DNA of 62,947 nucleotides, filler included, from Rhabdomonas costata (GCA_019059605.1; 20 parts of 20 records of this genome joined end to end with filler, not necessarily neighbours in it), one strand, 5' to 3'; positions 13,466 through 26,687 are shown, counted from the whole stretch's first letter. Notes: generated by a model not told the origin, from the letters alone. A program made the numbers and translations.

Positions 13466-15361
13466 GCCGTACTTGACGAATCCGGAGCCAGTGCTCTGAC
13501 CATTCTTGCGAAGCACGACCACCTCGATCAGCTGCCCGAAGGGTGCGAACAGCGCTTGAAGCTCCTGTGGGACCCAGCGTCAACCACCACCGCGGAACTT
13601 CCTGGTTAGATGCTGGGGGTTGGTGAAGTGAGTGAAACCAGAAGGACTGGAGTTATTTCGTCAATAGAGCGTAGCGCGGGAGCGCTTCACACATACTAAA
13701 AAAGAGTGAAAGACCAACAAAATCGTTTACAGGTGATCTCCGCACGTTGTACCCACAGAAACAACCGATCACCGCACGCAACCATCTCGTGGATGCACAG
13801 GAGGTGGAAGCAAGTGTAAAATCAAATATCAACCTGATATCAACCAACTTCTCGGGTTCGTCCAAAGGGATATCGGGGTAATGGCACACAAAACCCACCG
13901 GTAAGAATGATGCTGGGTAGAGTGACCGACAGAAGTGATGGCACCCAGAACCATGCCGACGTTGATCGTCAAAGCAATATCCCAAATCATTACACCGCCC
14001 ACCTTCCGGAGGGGCGGGTTACACAAAGAAGCAAACTAAATTGAAAAGGACCCCCTAAATTGAGAGGAGAATGCCACCCCCACTCCCAAAGCACCGTTTC
14101 TGTGACCGAAAAAGGTAGCATGCCCACAAACAGCTTCGTCTCCCGGCCGCTGCCACCAAGCGCTGCCAGTGAACCCGCCATTGCCCCCGCCACCGAGCCC
14201 GGCATCTCTCCATCGGCCAGGCTGACTTGCATGCTATTCCGCATGGGCGGCATCACTCGCTTCTTATTCAGCCTTTGTGTGCGGATTGGCACGAGGGCGG
14301 CACAGGCCATCTTAAAACAGCTTTAAAGCGAAACTGTATCGCAGTTTGTGCCACTCTCTGGAACAAAAACGCCCAAGGGGTTAAGCCAGAACCTCAGAAC
14401 CAGCTCAAGGCTGGATACATTGACTCGGGAATCCGCGCCATCAGCAAGCATTTATTGAGGCCAATGCGCTTTGTCCCCACAGCCAAACCGATAATCAGAC
14501 CGGAATACTGAGGCCCGAAAAGAGAATGTGGCACTTCATGCGCATGCAACGGAGGCACACCCTTCAATTGCAGCATAGGCCTCAAGAGGGGAGGAGTAGG
14601 TCACAAAGGCAGCGCCCTTGCCTTCCCCAGTGGTCTTATCCTTCATCAGATAGATCTAAGAACGGCATCGGACAAAAAACCGAAAAAAAAACCCGCTAAG
14701 CTCGTACGCTCATGGTCGACGAGAAACTGATAGTTCGAGGGAGCGAAGAGAAATATAGTACGATGTTTTTTGTGTGTATGTGTGTCTGTCTGTCGAATGT
14801 TCGCGTGAGCTTATGTAAAGAGCCAAAGAGCTCATGTGGGACTGGGACGCAGGTGCTCAGCAATGTATGGGAATGGCATGCATGCGTGACAAAGGGACAG
14901 AAAATACTACCAGCATCTCGAAAATTACGGGCCCAGCATACCTGGAACAAGATCACACAAGCATACTCTCATGCACAACCTTACCGTTAACGTGCATGGT
15001 TCTTCCAACACGACCCTTTCTTTTAAGTTTTTTTTTACTTCGGGGGCCAGAGTTGAGCTGAAGCCCGATGGTTTACACTCCGCCCAAAGGAACGCCGTTT
15101 TCCACTTCCGTGTTTCTGCGGTGCACGCGGAGCATAACTGAGCGCACCTCCTCCACTGTGCCAAACTCCTGCATAACAGCCAAAAGCTCCTCCTGAGTCG
15201 TCGCCCGCGGAATTTGCCCGACAAACTGAGAGAGACCCCCAAAAAGCATCGAAACCCCTGAAAACTCTCCAAACACTAGTTAAGCAAAGAGATAGCTCTC
15301 GCAGCTTCGGACCAAGCTGTCGCCCACCCTCCTTTGGAGGTCCCCTTATGGATTTCAACAT
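13466..15361 (-). CDS. CELF: CELF/Bruno-like RRM RNA-binding protein, RRM1 and most of RRM2, 3'-partial
   Basis: (KL)|FVGQIPRATTQEELLAVMQEFGTVEE|IYLMKDKTTGEGKGAAFVTY...AIEG|LNKKRVMPPMRNSMQVSLADGE...ETKLFVGMLPFSVTET|ELQALFAPFGQLIEVVVLRKNGQSTGSGFVKYG, matching the CELF RRM1-linker-RRM2 layout. The first exon is tentative. Confidence 0.85.
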
Positions 15362-15988
15362 CGTTTCACCAAACCAGGTGCACTGCAGCGTGGCAGGTGA
15401 ATTCAAAATGCGACCACCACCGGCGCCGCTTCAGAAGCGGGAGAACCCGCCGGAGCGATGGATAGGGAGGGCACAACTTCCGATCTGCTGAAAACAACGT
15501 ATTCGTTACACCAACATCGACGGCAGACCCGTCTCTTCCGATGCACTACATCCGGTGAAGACAGCTACTCAGTTGCACAACCCGCTACCGGTGAGCCTCC
15601 CCACAGAAATTGTAACTACAGTCAAACAGCCGGACAAAAGGCAAGGGAGAGGAAGNNNNNNNNNNNNNNNNNNNNNNNNNNNNNNNNNNNNNNNNNNNNT
15701 TAATTAATTAANNNNNNNNNNNNNNNNNNNNNNNNNNNNNNNNNNNNNNNNNNNNGGTTTTTGGGGCTTCGTTTAGAGCTTTCTGGTCTCTATGAAAGGG
15801 TCTCCGGCCTTGAGCTTGGACCGAAAAATAATAGAACCAAGAAAACCACTCGAACCATAAATCTCGATGAGTGTGCGACCCATAGACATTGCAAAAGTTA
15901 CCACAGTTATGAATAATAGTAATAATTGTTCGTTGAAATTATTAGAGGGCTAAGCCGAAGCAGGCCTGGGGTCTTTTGTATATACAGC

Positions 15989-16888
15989 AGGCCTCCCGAA
16001 ACGCTGCGTGGCCGGTCCTTGGGGTCAGGAGAGTAGAAATTATTACTTCTCCCCAAGGCAGGCCAAAGAACTTCCTGTGAGAACTTCCGCTTAAACGGAG
16101 CACCTCCACAGTGCCTGCCACGTCGCAGACGAATACTTGATCACCACCTTCGCTGAATGCCACAGAAGTGATGGGATAGGACCCTTCCAGAACAGCCGCA
16201 CAACGCCGCCACTGCCGCATATCCCATATCTGGAACCCGCGCCACAAAACGTTTCAGAAAAAAGCGAGGAAAAGAACCAACCACCAACCACGATGAGCTC
16301 AAGGAACAATGAAAATAAAGCTGCACAAAGTGCGGTGCGGAGGTCAAATTTGAAGTGACGTGACCGAAGGAAAGCAGCGCGCATAAAAAAGGACGACATC
16401 GACAAAAAAGAATGCATTCAAAGAATAATGTTCAATAAAGAGAGGAAAGTCAGCCATCAAACACACGGGACCTTGGTCTTATTGTCGTCTCCCCCCGACG
16501 CGACGAGGATCTGGCCCTTACGAGTGGGACAGCACGTGTTAACCATCGCGTCATGCTTGATCCTGTTTAATTGAGAAGATAAAACCCTCAATCAAGAATC
16601 AGAATTTTAGCGTATATGAGGAAAGCAATAACACCTTTTGATCCGCGTCAGGGATTCGGCATCCCAAACTTGGACGGTTTTGTCGGGAGAGCATGAGAAT
16701 ATCATGCTGAAATGTGAACAAAAATGCAGGCTGGTGAACTGGTATATTACTTTCGCAGAAGGTTCGGAGTTCAGAGCAGAAAACGGTGAGTATCTATTTT
16801 GGAGGCGATTATTTACCGAGGGCGAGGAATTATCGTTGCGAGAGGGCTAGGCCTCCCGAAACGCTGTGTGACCCGTCCTTGGGGTCAG
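15989..16888 (+). repeat. 40-bp dispersed repeat, two copies (15989-16028, 16849-16888), in SNRNP40 introns
   Basis: aggcctcccgaaacgctg(c/t)gtg(g/a)cc(g/c)gtccttggggtcag, 37/40 identical. Confidence 0.85.
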
Positions 16889-18237
16889 AGGGCGAGTAAA
16901 GGTGGAAAATTGAGGTGGGGGGGGAGGTTCGGTGGAATACAAGCGGACCCATGAAGAACAAGACGTGAGGAAAGGCGTGAAAGAGAAAGAAACACGGAAA
17001 CCGGGGCATTGAGAGACGCGCAACATCAGCTGCCAGCAGGTAAGGCTGTATGAGAATGAAATTCGGATGAAATTTGGACAGCTACCGTATCATCTAACGG
17101 CACTCCCTGAAGGGCGGATGGATGAGCATTGCCATCACCACTATCAGCGGCATCAGGAAAACGAATGGAGGGAAGAGGAAACAGTTCAGAGTGAGCCTTC
17201 AAACGGTGTGTGGCAGTGCCCCTGGCTCCCCTTAGCTGGAGAGATGTGAAGTGTGCATTCCATCAGCTGAAAGGGAAGGACGAGAGGAGACGGGGTGCTC
17301 CACCAACTAATAACCCAGCCCCATGCGGTGAGGGAACAGAAATGCGAGCTACAGAACTAAATAAACAAGGACAGGCAACGAAACGGGGAAGCCAGCGGCC
17401 AAACTAAAGGGGGGGGGGAGTTATCTCATGACGGCTGTGCACGGACCACGGCAGGAAAAGAGCACAGAAAGAACACCTGCTGTCAGTGGACCAATGAAGC
17501 TCGAGGACAGCGTTGCTGTGCCCCATTAAAACCGAGTAATTCTCATTGTTTCCAAATACCCGCCACAGAACTGAGAAGACGAAGAAAAATCCGCAACCAA
17601 AAGCGAAAAAAAAAGGCAAAAGAGCGAGAAATCCTTCATACATATCCGTTTGTCAAACGATCCACTTGCAATCGAATTCCCATCAGGCGAGAATTTGCAA
17701 GTGAAAATCTCTCCCTGGTTTTAAATGCAAAATTAACGCAAACAATTCGAACCATGCAAGTAAAAGAATGCAACAACAAGGATAAAATGAAAAGAATACC
17801 TCATGGCCGCTGAGGATAATGTTTGGAGAACTAAGCTCGGAAGTTCGTTGAGTACCCTGAACCAGAAGCATAGAAAAATAGATTATATTAATTCAACCCG
17901 AAAAGCGGCACAAGCAAGACAAGCGAAAGAGAGAAATGTCACCGGAATGAGAGCACCAGACTCCTTCACTGTTTCAGTGGATCCACGCGTCTGAGAACAA
18001 GAAACAAGAACCAGGAAGCAATGGAGGAAGGCAAAGTTGTAACCCGCAGACGGAAAAAGTCCAAAAGGACACACCGAGACAACGACAAGCGAACCTTCAG
18101 CGCTTCTCTTTTTCTGTAGAGACAGAATTGCAACGCAAAAGCAGCAAAGCCTAAGCATGCGTTTGGTCACTTTCGATGCACACCGCAAGTTCTACATCGT
18201 TCTGATCGCCGCTGGAGTCGCGAGCTCGCTTCTGAGC
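16104..18237 (-). CDS. SNRNP40: U5 snRNP 40 kDa WD40 protein, partial, >=7 exons
   Basis: RTSELSSPNIILSGHE|GEIFTCKFSPDGNSIASGSFDKRI|FLWRVFGNNENYSVLMGHSNAVLELHWSTDS|SMIFSCSPDKTVQVWDAE...|...VASGGDDNKTK|IWDMRQ, collinear with the SNRNP40 N-terminal WD repeats. Confidence 0.9.
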
Positions 18238-19324
18238 CTAGGAGATGAACGCAAGAGACTGGATGCTGACAATATGATTCACAAAGGATTAATTATACCA
18301 GAGTCCGGAATCAGCAAACTTTCGCCCCCCCCCCACCTCCGATGTCGTAGTATTTTCCTTCTTTGCCGTGGTGGCTTTTGAATGAAAAATATACACTGGT
18401 TTTGTGAAACAATGTAGGGTGGGAGGGCGCTGAAACCTGCAGGTCCCAGCGGATGAGTTTCAAGTTTTCAGTTGACAACGTTCAAAGCTTGGGCGTGGGG
18501 GAAGACAGGGTTCACCCATTTTGGCACTGAGTTGTCGAAACTTTGGCAGCCTTTCCCCGCTTTCACCGCGGAAACGGCCGGAAAGCGACCGGAAAGCAAT
18601 CGACCGGAAACAAATGGAAACAATACATGAACATAAACATGAACTATTATTTCACATTTTTGAACTTTTATTTGCCGTTGAAGATTGGAAACGAAGCTCC
18701 CATTCCCTGACACCAAAAAGCTATTGGAGGGGAGGAGGGGGGGAGGAAGGGGGGAGGAAGAAGAAAAAAGAAGAGAAGAAGAGGGGGGAAAGGGGAGAAG
18801 AAAAGAAGANNNNNNNNNNNNNNNNNNNNNNNNNNNNNNNNNNNNNNNNNNNNTTAATTAATTAANNNNNNNNNNNNNNNNNNNNNNNNNNNNNNNNNNN
18901 NNNNNNNNNTTGTTTTGTGTCATCTATGGTGCAATGGGTGCAGTTCCGACCCACCGCTAATACCTAGGGTAGATATCTCCCCTCCCCCCGAAAAAAGAAA
19001 AGGTTTCTTTTGGAGTACTGAGGGGAATGAAGAGCTGTTGTAGCTTAAGGAGAAGGTAGTCCTTTTTAAGCTGAGCCCACCAGTGCCATCGCCGCAACGC
19101 GTATCTGTCGCACAGGAATGCCAGCGTTTGGTCTCACAGCTTTGCACGCTTTGCTTTATTATTTTTCTTGGTTCCTTTTTTTCTTCGCAGGTGGCACTTT
19201 TTGGAGCCTCTTCGTTGTCTTGTTTTTTTGTTGGTTTCTTTGATCCGCGGTGCTCTCGCTGTTGGATAAATTAGGCTTTTGCATCCAGGGTCAGAGAGCT
19301 GTGGTGAGTGCTCATTTTTGGGTC

Positions 19325-21748
19325 ATGGCCCACGAATACACCTTCAAGTACATCCTTCTCGGGGATACGGGAGTTGGGAAGAGCTGCCTGCTTCACCGGT
19401 TGACTAAACACGAATGTACGTGCGCACGCAATTTTTTTTTGGCAGCTGGTGTCACAGGTGGAACAGGCAGAAATGGGAAACTTAACGGAAAATTAACAGC
19501 CATGGTGTACCTCACCCCCTTCAATTAACACCATAACACCATCCTGACCTTGGAAAGAAAATGGCATGGCCATCTCTCGAGCAGTCAAAGACTGCTTTGA
19601 CGTTTGACGCCCATCTCCTCCAAAGTGAATCCTCGTCGCCTTGCGCGTCGCATTTCCAAAAATACTATTCAAACGTCAAAACCCTCTCCACTCTTCCACT
19701 TGATGGAGTAAGACACCTGCAGTCCCTTGTGATCTTGTGGTGGGGTTGCACGAGCTAATGTTTTTTCCGCATTGCTGGACACCGGAAAAACCAGAGTGGC
19801 TCTTTTCGATGCTGTTTTGAGAGAGCTGTATTACCCAGTCTTATGCAATGAAAAGAAAGTGCCCTCTCTATTCTTGTTCCTCTCTCATCATCATTCTTGG
19901 TTTCGTAAAGTGCCTGTCGCCTTCTGTTCGCGTTAGCTCGGTGGCATCCAAGCCCTAGGAAACCTTACCCCACACTCAATAGAAGGGTTCGCCGCAATGC
20001 TTTTTTCTGCCCGTCTTTCCGGCTTTATCTTCAATGTGGCCGGTTCGGCCCCTGACATTACCCTCAATCGCAAGTACAAGTGGGGCCAAACAAGGGTTTT
20101 TGGTAAGCACAAAGAAAGCTGACTTGCAGCGACAGGGGTCATGGGGCCGTGCTTTGGTTCAGTTAAGGATGGCTTGGTGGCCACCATGGGGATGGAGTTC
20201 ACTATTCGGGAAGTGGATGTGAACGGGCACATTGTGAGGCTCGAGATATGGGACACCGCGGGGCAGGAGAGGTTCCGCTGCGTCATCCGCCCTTTCTATC
20301 GCGGCACCGCTGGGGTCTTCCTGGTCTACGATATTACCAGCCACGAAACATTCGACGTACTCGGTCGGCCCCCCCTCCGCAAGTTTTTTTTTCCGCATTT
20401 GAGCTTCTTGCTCTTTGTATGTTCGGTTTCGTATGGGTATTTTGGGGTTTGGGGGTGTTAGTCTATCTTGACTCTTCAACCGGCCTCCGGACCGGACTCA
20501 TTAGACCATGAAAATGGGGTGCGCGGCAGCGTCATTTGACGTGTGACATCACCCCGAACGCTGGGTGACATACCACACGGTCCCTTCGCGATCGGACTGG
20601 ACTGAACCAGACCTGATCATGCTACCGCGCCGATGTGCAGCAGTCTCTTTTTGTTGTTGTCCTTTCATTCCAAAGTGTAAAATGTCAGTTGTGGTGGGAG
20701 TCTGTTATGGTGCCCCAGCCGGATTAGTACCCGTGGGGTTATGAAACAAGGCGGTGGGCATAATACTGCACAGAATGAAACGGAATTGATGAGCATCCGC
20801 TCTGTGATGCTGGGGGGGGGGTGGAGGCGTAGTCAAGGTTACTGGAAACAGAAAGCTGACTGAAAATCCCGCCGCATCTTAGAAAAGAGTTATGTCCAAT
20901 TGCGTATGCATTCTTGCAGTGATTTTGATCAAGTGTGTGGATTAGATGAACTGTGCCAGAACAGAAGCGCTGGTGTGGGTTTGCTCTCATCTCTCTTCCC
21001 TAATGTGCGTTTGTTTGCACATTGCACATTTTCTCGAGGAGGGTGGTTGTTCTTGTCAGCGAAGTGGCTCTCCGACGCCCGCAACTTCACCAGCCCCAAC
21101 ACTGTGATTATTCTCATAGGTTTCTGCTATTTTTCTGTCGCGCTGTTGCCCTGTTGCGCTTTTTCATCATCCTCTTGAGGCTGAACCAGCGTCCTCATCG
21201 TCCTTGATTAACCTGCTGAATCCTTGTGCAGCACAACTACCCCAAGCGAACTCCCACCTCTCCTGCATAGGCGGTGGGGTTTTTATGCTGTGTGTGGATT
21301 TTTGTTGCGAATGGACTTTTCAAAAATTCCAAAACGGTGCATGGATTTCTCTGGGCATTCATTAAGGGACCCCCCGAACAAAGGAGAAAGGGACTCTTAG
21401 GTTTTTTCAGTCTGGTGAGATGTTACGTGTCTTGGTCCGACCAGGCACCTGCCAGCACTCAAGCCCAACGCCTCAACAATGTGAGCTGTGTGGTCGTAAT
21501 TCCTTGTTTTTTTACTATATGGCGTGTGTGGCAATACGCGCTGTAAACTCAGCTCAGTTTGCTGCCCAGCAGACCTATCGCTTTTCCTTGTCAGTGTTGG
21601 GTGCTGAAAGAATTTACGGTTTTTCTTAAGCCACGCAGTGTACCCTTTCTTTCTTCTCGCTTTGCCCGGCATCCAGGCACTAAAGCCGAGATGGAGGAGT
21701 GGCGCGAGGTGCCCTACGAGGAAGCCCAGCGATTTGCCGAGGAAAACG
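19325..21748 (+). CDS. RAB14: Divergent Rab14-like small GTPase, 3'-partial (exons 19325-19415, 20163-20363, 21060-21119, 21677-21748)
   Basis: G1 GDTGVGKS, G3 [10 protein letters not shown]; Rab14-diagnostic [19 protein letters not shown] and [14 protein letters not shown]; all introns GT-AG. Confidence 0.85.
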
Positions 21749-22058
21749 GTAGAGAGGAGGCTGTTGTATTGTGGGGGGGGATGACGTTTAACGCCGTTAA
21801 ACAGTCGAAATCTTTTTTAAGCTTAAAAAATCGGCATCTAGGGGGCAGTAGAACAGTAAATCTAACCCCCTTTCGCTTAGATAACAACATCATATAGTGA
21901 GTACAGGCATAGTTATCCTAACGCGGTGATCAGAAAATGATTTTTCGAACAACAACAANNNNNNNNNNNNNNNNNNNNNNNNNNNNNNNNNNNNNNNNNN
22001 NNTTAATTAATTAANNNNNNNNNNNNNNNNNNNNNNNNNNNNNNNNNNNNNNNNNNNN

Positions 22059-24186
22059 GTGTGGGGGTGGGCAGAAGCGCCGCGTCACCTCCGCGGAGAT
22101 TTTGATGTCGTGCTGCCCCGTACTTCTCGCCGACGAAATCACCACAGGACTGGACAGGTGTGTGTGTGTGTGTGTGTGTGTGTGTCCGCAGAGGGATGAT
22201 CCGAACCCCGAGAAGCGGCTAGACTGCGAAGAGCATTTGAAATCCCGCTGGAGGTAGTAAAGACCTCCACCACAGTGTCTTCTGCACGCAGCGTTTGCGC
22301 GCTTGCTGGCCAATACGCCTTTTCAACTCGTTGTTTTCCTGTGAAAGGTGTTTCAGTGCCTTTTTCAGAGCGGTTTAGTTTGGCTTCCCGTAGCGGTTGT
22401 GGTTGTGGGGACCTGTGGACCTCCTTGTCTTCCTTGGTCAAGGAAGGGGTGGAAAGCCTTCAGGAGAACTACAAACGTGCTGGAGTGGCCTTCTACTCGC
22501 TGGGCATCCAATGCTGTGACAACTATTTTTCATTGCTTTGGACTTATGCCTGAGGATCGTTCCCCCATCTTTCCCACCTTTTTGTTACAGGCCCACTTCA
22601 AAGAAATACCCATGCAGAAAAATGCCCCTATCTGAATCAAATACCACCACATTATTTTTGTCCTATTTTCGCCACCGGACTTCCGTACATGTTTACTTCC
22701 ATTTAGCCTTCTGTTTCAGGAGGTGTAATGGTTTTTCTCATTCTTTTGTTTTCAGCAAGTCCGCATACGACATCTGCAAGAGTCTGAGGGTGATAACCCA
22801 CTGCATGCAGCGCACCACGCTAGTATCCCTGCTGCAGCCCCCGCCTGAGGTGTACGACCTGTTCGACGATGTCATCCTTTTCCACAAGGTGGGTGGTTTC
22901 TATCCCCATCTTCGCTCTTCCTCCCTACAAACTTGTTCGTTTGCAGCACAGCAATGGTCGTGTTTCAAGCAACAAATCGCACAGCCTTCGTGTCGCGCTG
23001 CGACTGTGTTGGAGAGGTAGTCGGATATTGTTATGCTGGATTACCATCGGAAGAGACGGAGGCGCTGGTTTTGTGCAGGCGTATTACCAAGAGATTTTCC
23101 AGTACCAGCAGGCTTTTGGATGGATACCCCCCCCCGGTAGACTTGTGAAAGAACCGGCTGAGGGAAGCCCCGTTCGCATTGTGGTAGAAGGCGGAGGCGC
23201 GGATACATCCCCAGCATATTCAGCCTTTGTAGGACCACTGACGGGTGGCACTTTTTTCCGCACGCAGCACAGGAGTGGCTTGCGCTGAATTCTGCGCGTT
23301 AGGCGTGATTTCAAGATTCGGCTGCAACGCAAGCGCACCAACTTTGAAGAATATAGCCAATCAGCTGCGTTCGCTGCCACGACACTGAACACAAACCGGG
23401 CTCATCAGCGAGGGAAAAGGAGTGCGGCAAATCTGTGAATGAATTGGAAAAGCAGAACCAACGAGGTGTGGGCAGCATTCCCGTCTTTTGCGGAGGCAGC
23501 GCAACGGGGATTTATGTTGTGGCCCTGCCGATGCTTAGTTTTGACTGATGTAACTCACCTCATAGCTGCCTTTCTGGCGCCACGAAATGACGAAATGTAT
23601 AAGTGGTGAGGTTTCGCTGGGTCACCAGGTGGATAGGTCGCATTTATTCTCGACCTGGTGGCTGTGAGTGAAGTATGGAATCACACTCAGGCTCTTTGTC
23701 GATTCTTGAAAGATGGCAAGAGAGGTTGATGCCGAGCCCCTCGAGCCCTCTGTTATTTTGTGTGCAGGGCCATATCGTGTACCACGGCCCGGTGACTGAG
23801 GCTGTGCCATACTTCGAAAACTTGGGCTTCGAGTGCCCTGACACCATGGACAAGGCGGATTTCCTGCAACAGGTCTGACCGGTGGCGTGGAGCCGAACTC
23901 TTTACATGCATGTGCTTCTTGATTTCGTTTTGTTTTTGCTGTCCTCAAGCATTCCATCTGAGGTTAGGGTCCATCACTCGGTTTAGGGAGGCTTCCCTTG
24001 CTTCCCTCTTGGTCCTATACTCAGGTGATGACGGACATTGGGCGCCGATTCTTGACCCCCGAGGCAGTGGCCTGTCCGCTGACTCCATGCTCCGCGGCGG
24101 AGTTTGCGGAGGCGTACAAGGCCAGCCAGCACTTCCAGATCGACCACACCACCTTCGACCCCAGCGGCCTCATCTGCGGGCCTTCG
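22059..24186 (+). CDS. PDR/ABCG-type ABC transporter, part of NBD1 (4 exons, partial at both ends)
   Basis: GGQKRRVTSAE...LLADEITTGLDS|KSAYDI...VSLLQPPPEVYDLFDDVIL|GHIVYHGP...YFENLGFECP...ADFLQ: PDR signature, Walker B and the LLQP motif. Confidence 0.93.
22158..22185 (+). repeat. (GT)n microsatellite at an intron donor
   Basis: Directly visible. Confidence 0.95.
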
Positions 24187-25345
24187 GTACGAAACTCGGC
24201 GTTTGGCTTTGCGTTTTTGTGCTTCGATTTGCGACGGGTATGTTGGAGGGTCACCATGTGCATACCAGCCCGCTTGATAACGGCTGACCCTTTGTTTCAA
24301 GCACAAATATGATCAAGATACAAAAGTCGTCGATAATTCGTTGAAATCTATGAGAGAAGTTGAAGGCTGCTAGTATAGTGAGTATGACGGCCGTGCCGCC
24401 TTTGGTCACAATGCTGATATCGTTATATGAGTGGCGCGATCTTTTTTATTGGCTTTCTCGTGTGACCGCTTAATGGGAGCTGAAATATACGAGTCGTCGT
24501 AAGATCAGGGGTTTGGGGTGCCTGCGTTCCGCGTTGCTATTGATCTGTATGGTGGGAGCACTATTGGTGATCAAATCTTGCTGGCGGGCGTGCCGTTTTC
24601 AACTGCACCTGCCTCGAACAACAAACGCCCTTAATCAGAGTTTTGTTCACTATCGTTTGCTCTTAGCGTACCACCCATGGACGTAATTCCGCGGAGCAGT
24701 CATTCTGTGTGCAATGGTTCGAAAAAGTTGGTGACAGACCATTCTGTTCTCGTATGGTTTCTTTTGCTGCCGATTTTAGTCAAAGGAAACCGCGAGCTAC
24801 CTGGAGAAGCGATACTTCGAGCGATTCACGAACCCATGGCGTATGTTACTTTTCAACCTGTTGGGTGGCGGGTGGGTCTACCCACCCATCTGGCCCGTTC
24901 TAACATTCCGGGTGTATCCATGGCGCAAGTTTATTGCTCGCTTGAGGGTACTTCCATTTCCTGACGCTCTGTATTTTCTGACAGCCATCCAGTGTGCGCC
25001 GTTCTTTTGGCTTTTGGCTGATCACAAGCGCAACGGAGTGTGGGGAAGGGACCCCAATTTGTATCACAGTTTGATGGTTTCTGTTCCATACGTTAACATC
25101 GATCTTTCCGTGAACTGATGTTAACGTATGGAACACAAACCNNNNNNNNNNNNNNNNNNNNNNNNNNNNNNNNNNNNNNNNNNNNTTAATTAATTAANNN
25201 NNNNNNNNNNNNNNNNNNNNNNNNNNNNNNNNNNNNNNNNNTTTGTTGTGTATTTCCTTCTGTATTTTTCTGTCTATTTTCGGCTTTCGGCTGACTCCAA
25301 CGTGAGTTTTGCCGCCGTTGCACTTGTCTGCCTTCGTTCCTTCAG

Positions 25346-25577
25346 CTCTGTCGCCATTCTCCCCAAGCTCCCGCCCCCACGGTCGGGCTACACCATCAAG
25401 CCCGCGGGACCAGCTGTCCGCAAGAAGCATGGTGCCAAGGCTCTGGCTGCGAAGGAAGGCTCTGCCCCAACCCCTCCCGGTCCTCAGGGCGGCCGGCGGC
25501 GGAATCTGCCTCCCGCCGCTGAAACCGACACTGCTGGGCCCTCACAGCCGCTTCCGACTTACAATGATGACAGCTGA
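25346..25577 (+). CDS. Probable terminal exon of an unidentified Pro/Lys-rich protein
   Basis: Pyrimidine tract and cag followed by a GC-rich open frame ending ...PLPTYNDDS*; no family recognised. Confidence 0.4.
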
Positions 25578-26372
25578 GGGATTAGAAGAAACCCCAGCAG
25601 CTCATGAAGCAGACTTTCGTCATCGGCAGCCTCGCAGAGAAATGCGCCTCCCGTATGCCTCCGGGATGCTTGGTTGCTTGGTTGCGCAGCGTGGCAGTCT
25701 TGGGAGATGCAGAAGGCGCCTCGCCCGACTTCGCCTCTGACAGTCTCGACCCCTGTGCTGTGGTTGCGTCGTCCAGTTCCCTCTTTGCATGGGTCGCGGT
25801 GATGTTGATTACTTATCAGAGCGGTGTTGGTGTCGTCGTACGTCTTCGAATGGGCGCAATCTGCGCGAAGGTTGGGCTGGGGTGTGCTTCCTGCTGATTC
25901 AAATGGAGTGTCTATCATGCCCTGTGTGCTGTGGTTTCAAAGGAAAGAGGCTCATTTGATACCCTAAACCGGGGATGCGAGGTCAGGTATTGTGAAGGCT
26001 TGAAGGCTATGGTACCCTATGAGTTGTGTCCTGGTCCTGCAGTTTGGTGAAGATGAAGAGATGGAATTTTGGTGGGCAGCGAGCAACCGTGGCGCGTTAT
26101 TGCCAGGGACTGCTACAGCGATGACAGAACTGTGATTCGCCCTTTTTTTTCATGGGTTTTACGGTGGTGCTTGTTCATGCAGGGAAGTTTTCACGATGTT
26201 TATTAAGAAGCAAGAAAAGATGTAGGGGCTTGCAGGGACTGCACTGTATTTCACGTCTGTATCGCTTGGCTCTGGAAACACAGTTCTTGTTTTTTACTCA
26301 ATTCTGCGTCCATTCTTTTTCCATCTTCCACCTGAGTTCTCAAATCCCTGATCAGGCCCCAGACTAAGAGCG

Positions 26373-26687
26373 ATGTTTGGAACCCCTCTGGACGAGAGTG
26401 GTGCGGTTGTGGTTGCGCGGCGGCTGTTCCTATGTGGGCTGCTGCTGCTCCCCGGGCTTTGGCTGGCCAACCTTTGCCTCTTTTGGGAGCTCCGCCGGAC
26501 ATGTAACGGGGTCGCATTGTGGACGAACCGCTCCGCCGTTGGGCTGGCTCTTGCCGTGGCTGCCTTGGCCGTGTGGTGGGTCGTGCTGGGGACCGTGGGT
26601 AGGCACTGGGAGTGGCCGTGGGTGATTCTCCCTGGGGTGCCCCACCGGCAGTCCGGGATATTCTCGTCCGCGCTGTACAACTTGTGA
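26373..26687 (+). CDS. PSENEN: Gamma-secretase subunit PEN-2, intronless, complete (104 aa)
   Basis: ~100-aa hydrophobic protein with RRLFLCGLLLLPGLWLAN (cf. RKYYLGGFAFLPFLWLVN) and RSAVG before the last TM helix. Confidence 0.8.
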   Translation: MFGTPLDESGAVVVARRLFLCGLLLLPGLWLANLCLFWELRRTCNGVALWTNRSAVGLALAVAALAVWWVVLGTVGRHWEWPWVILPGVPHRQSGIFSSALYNL

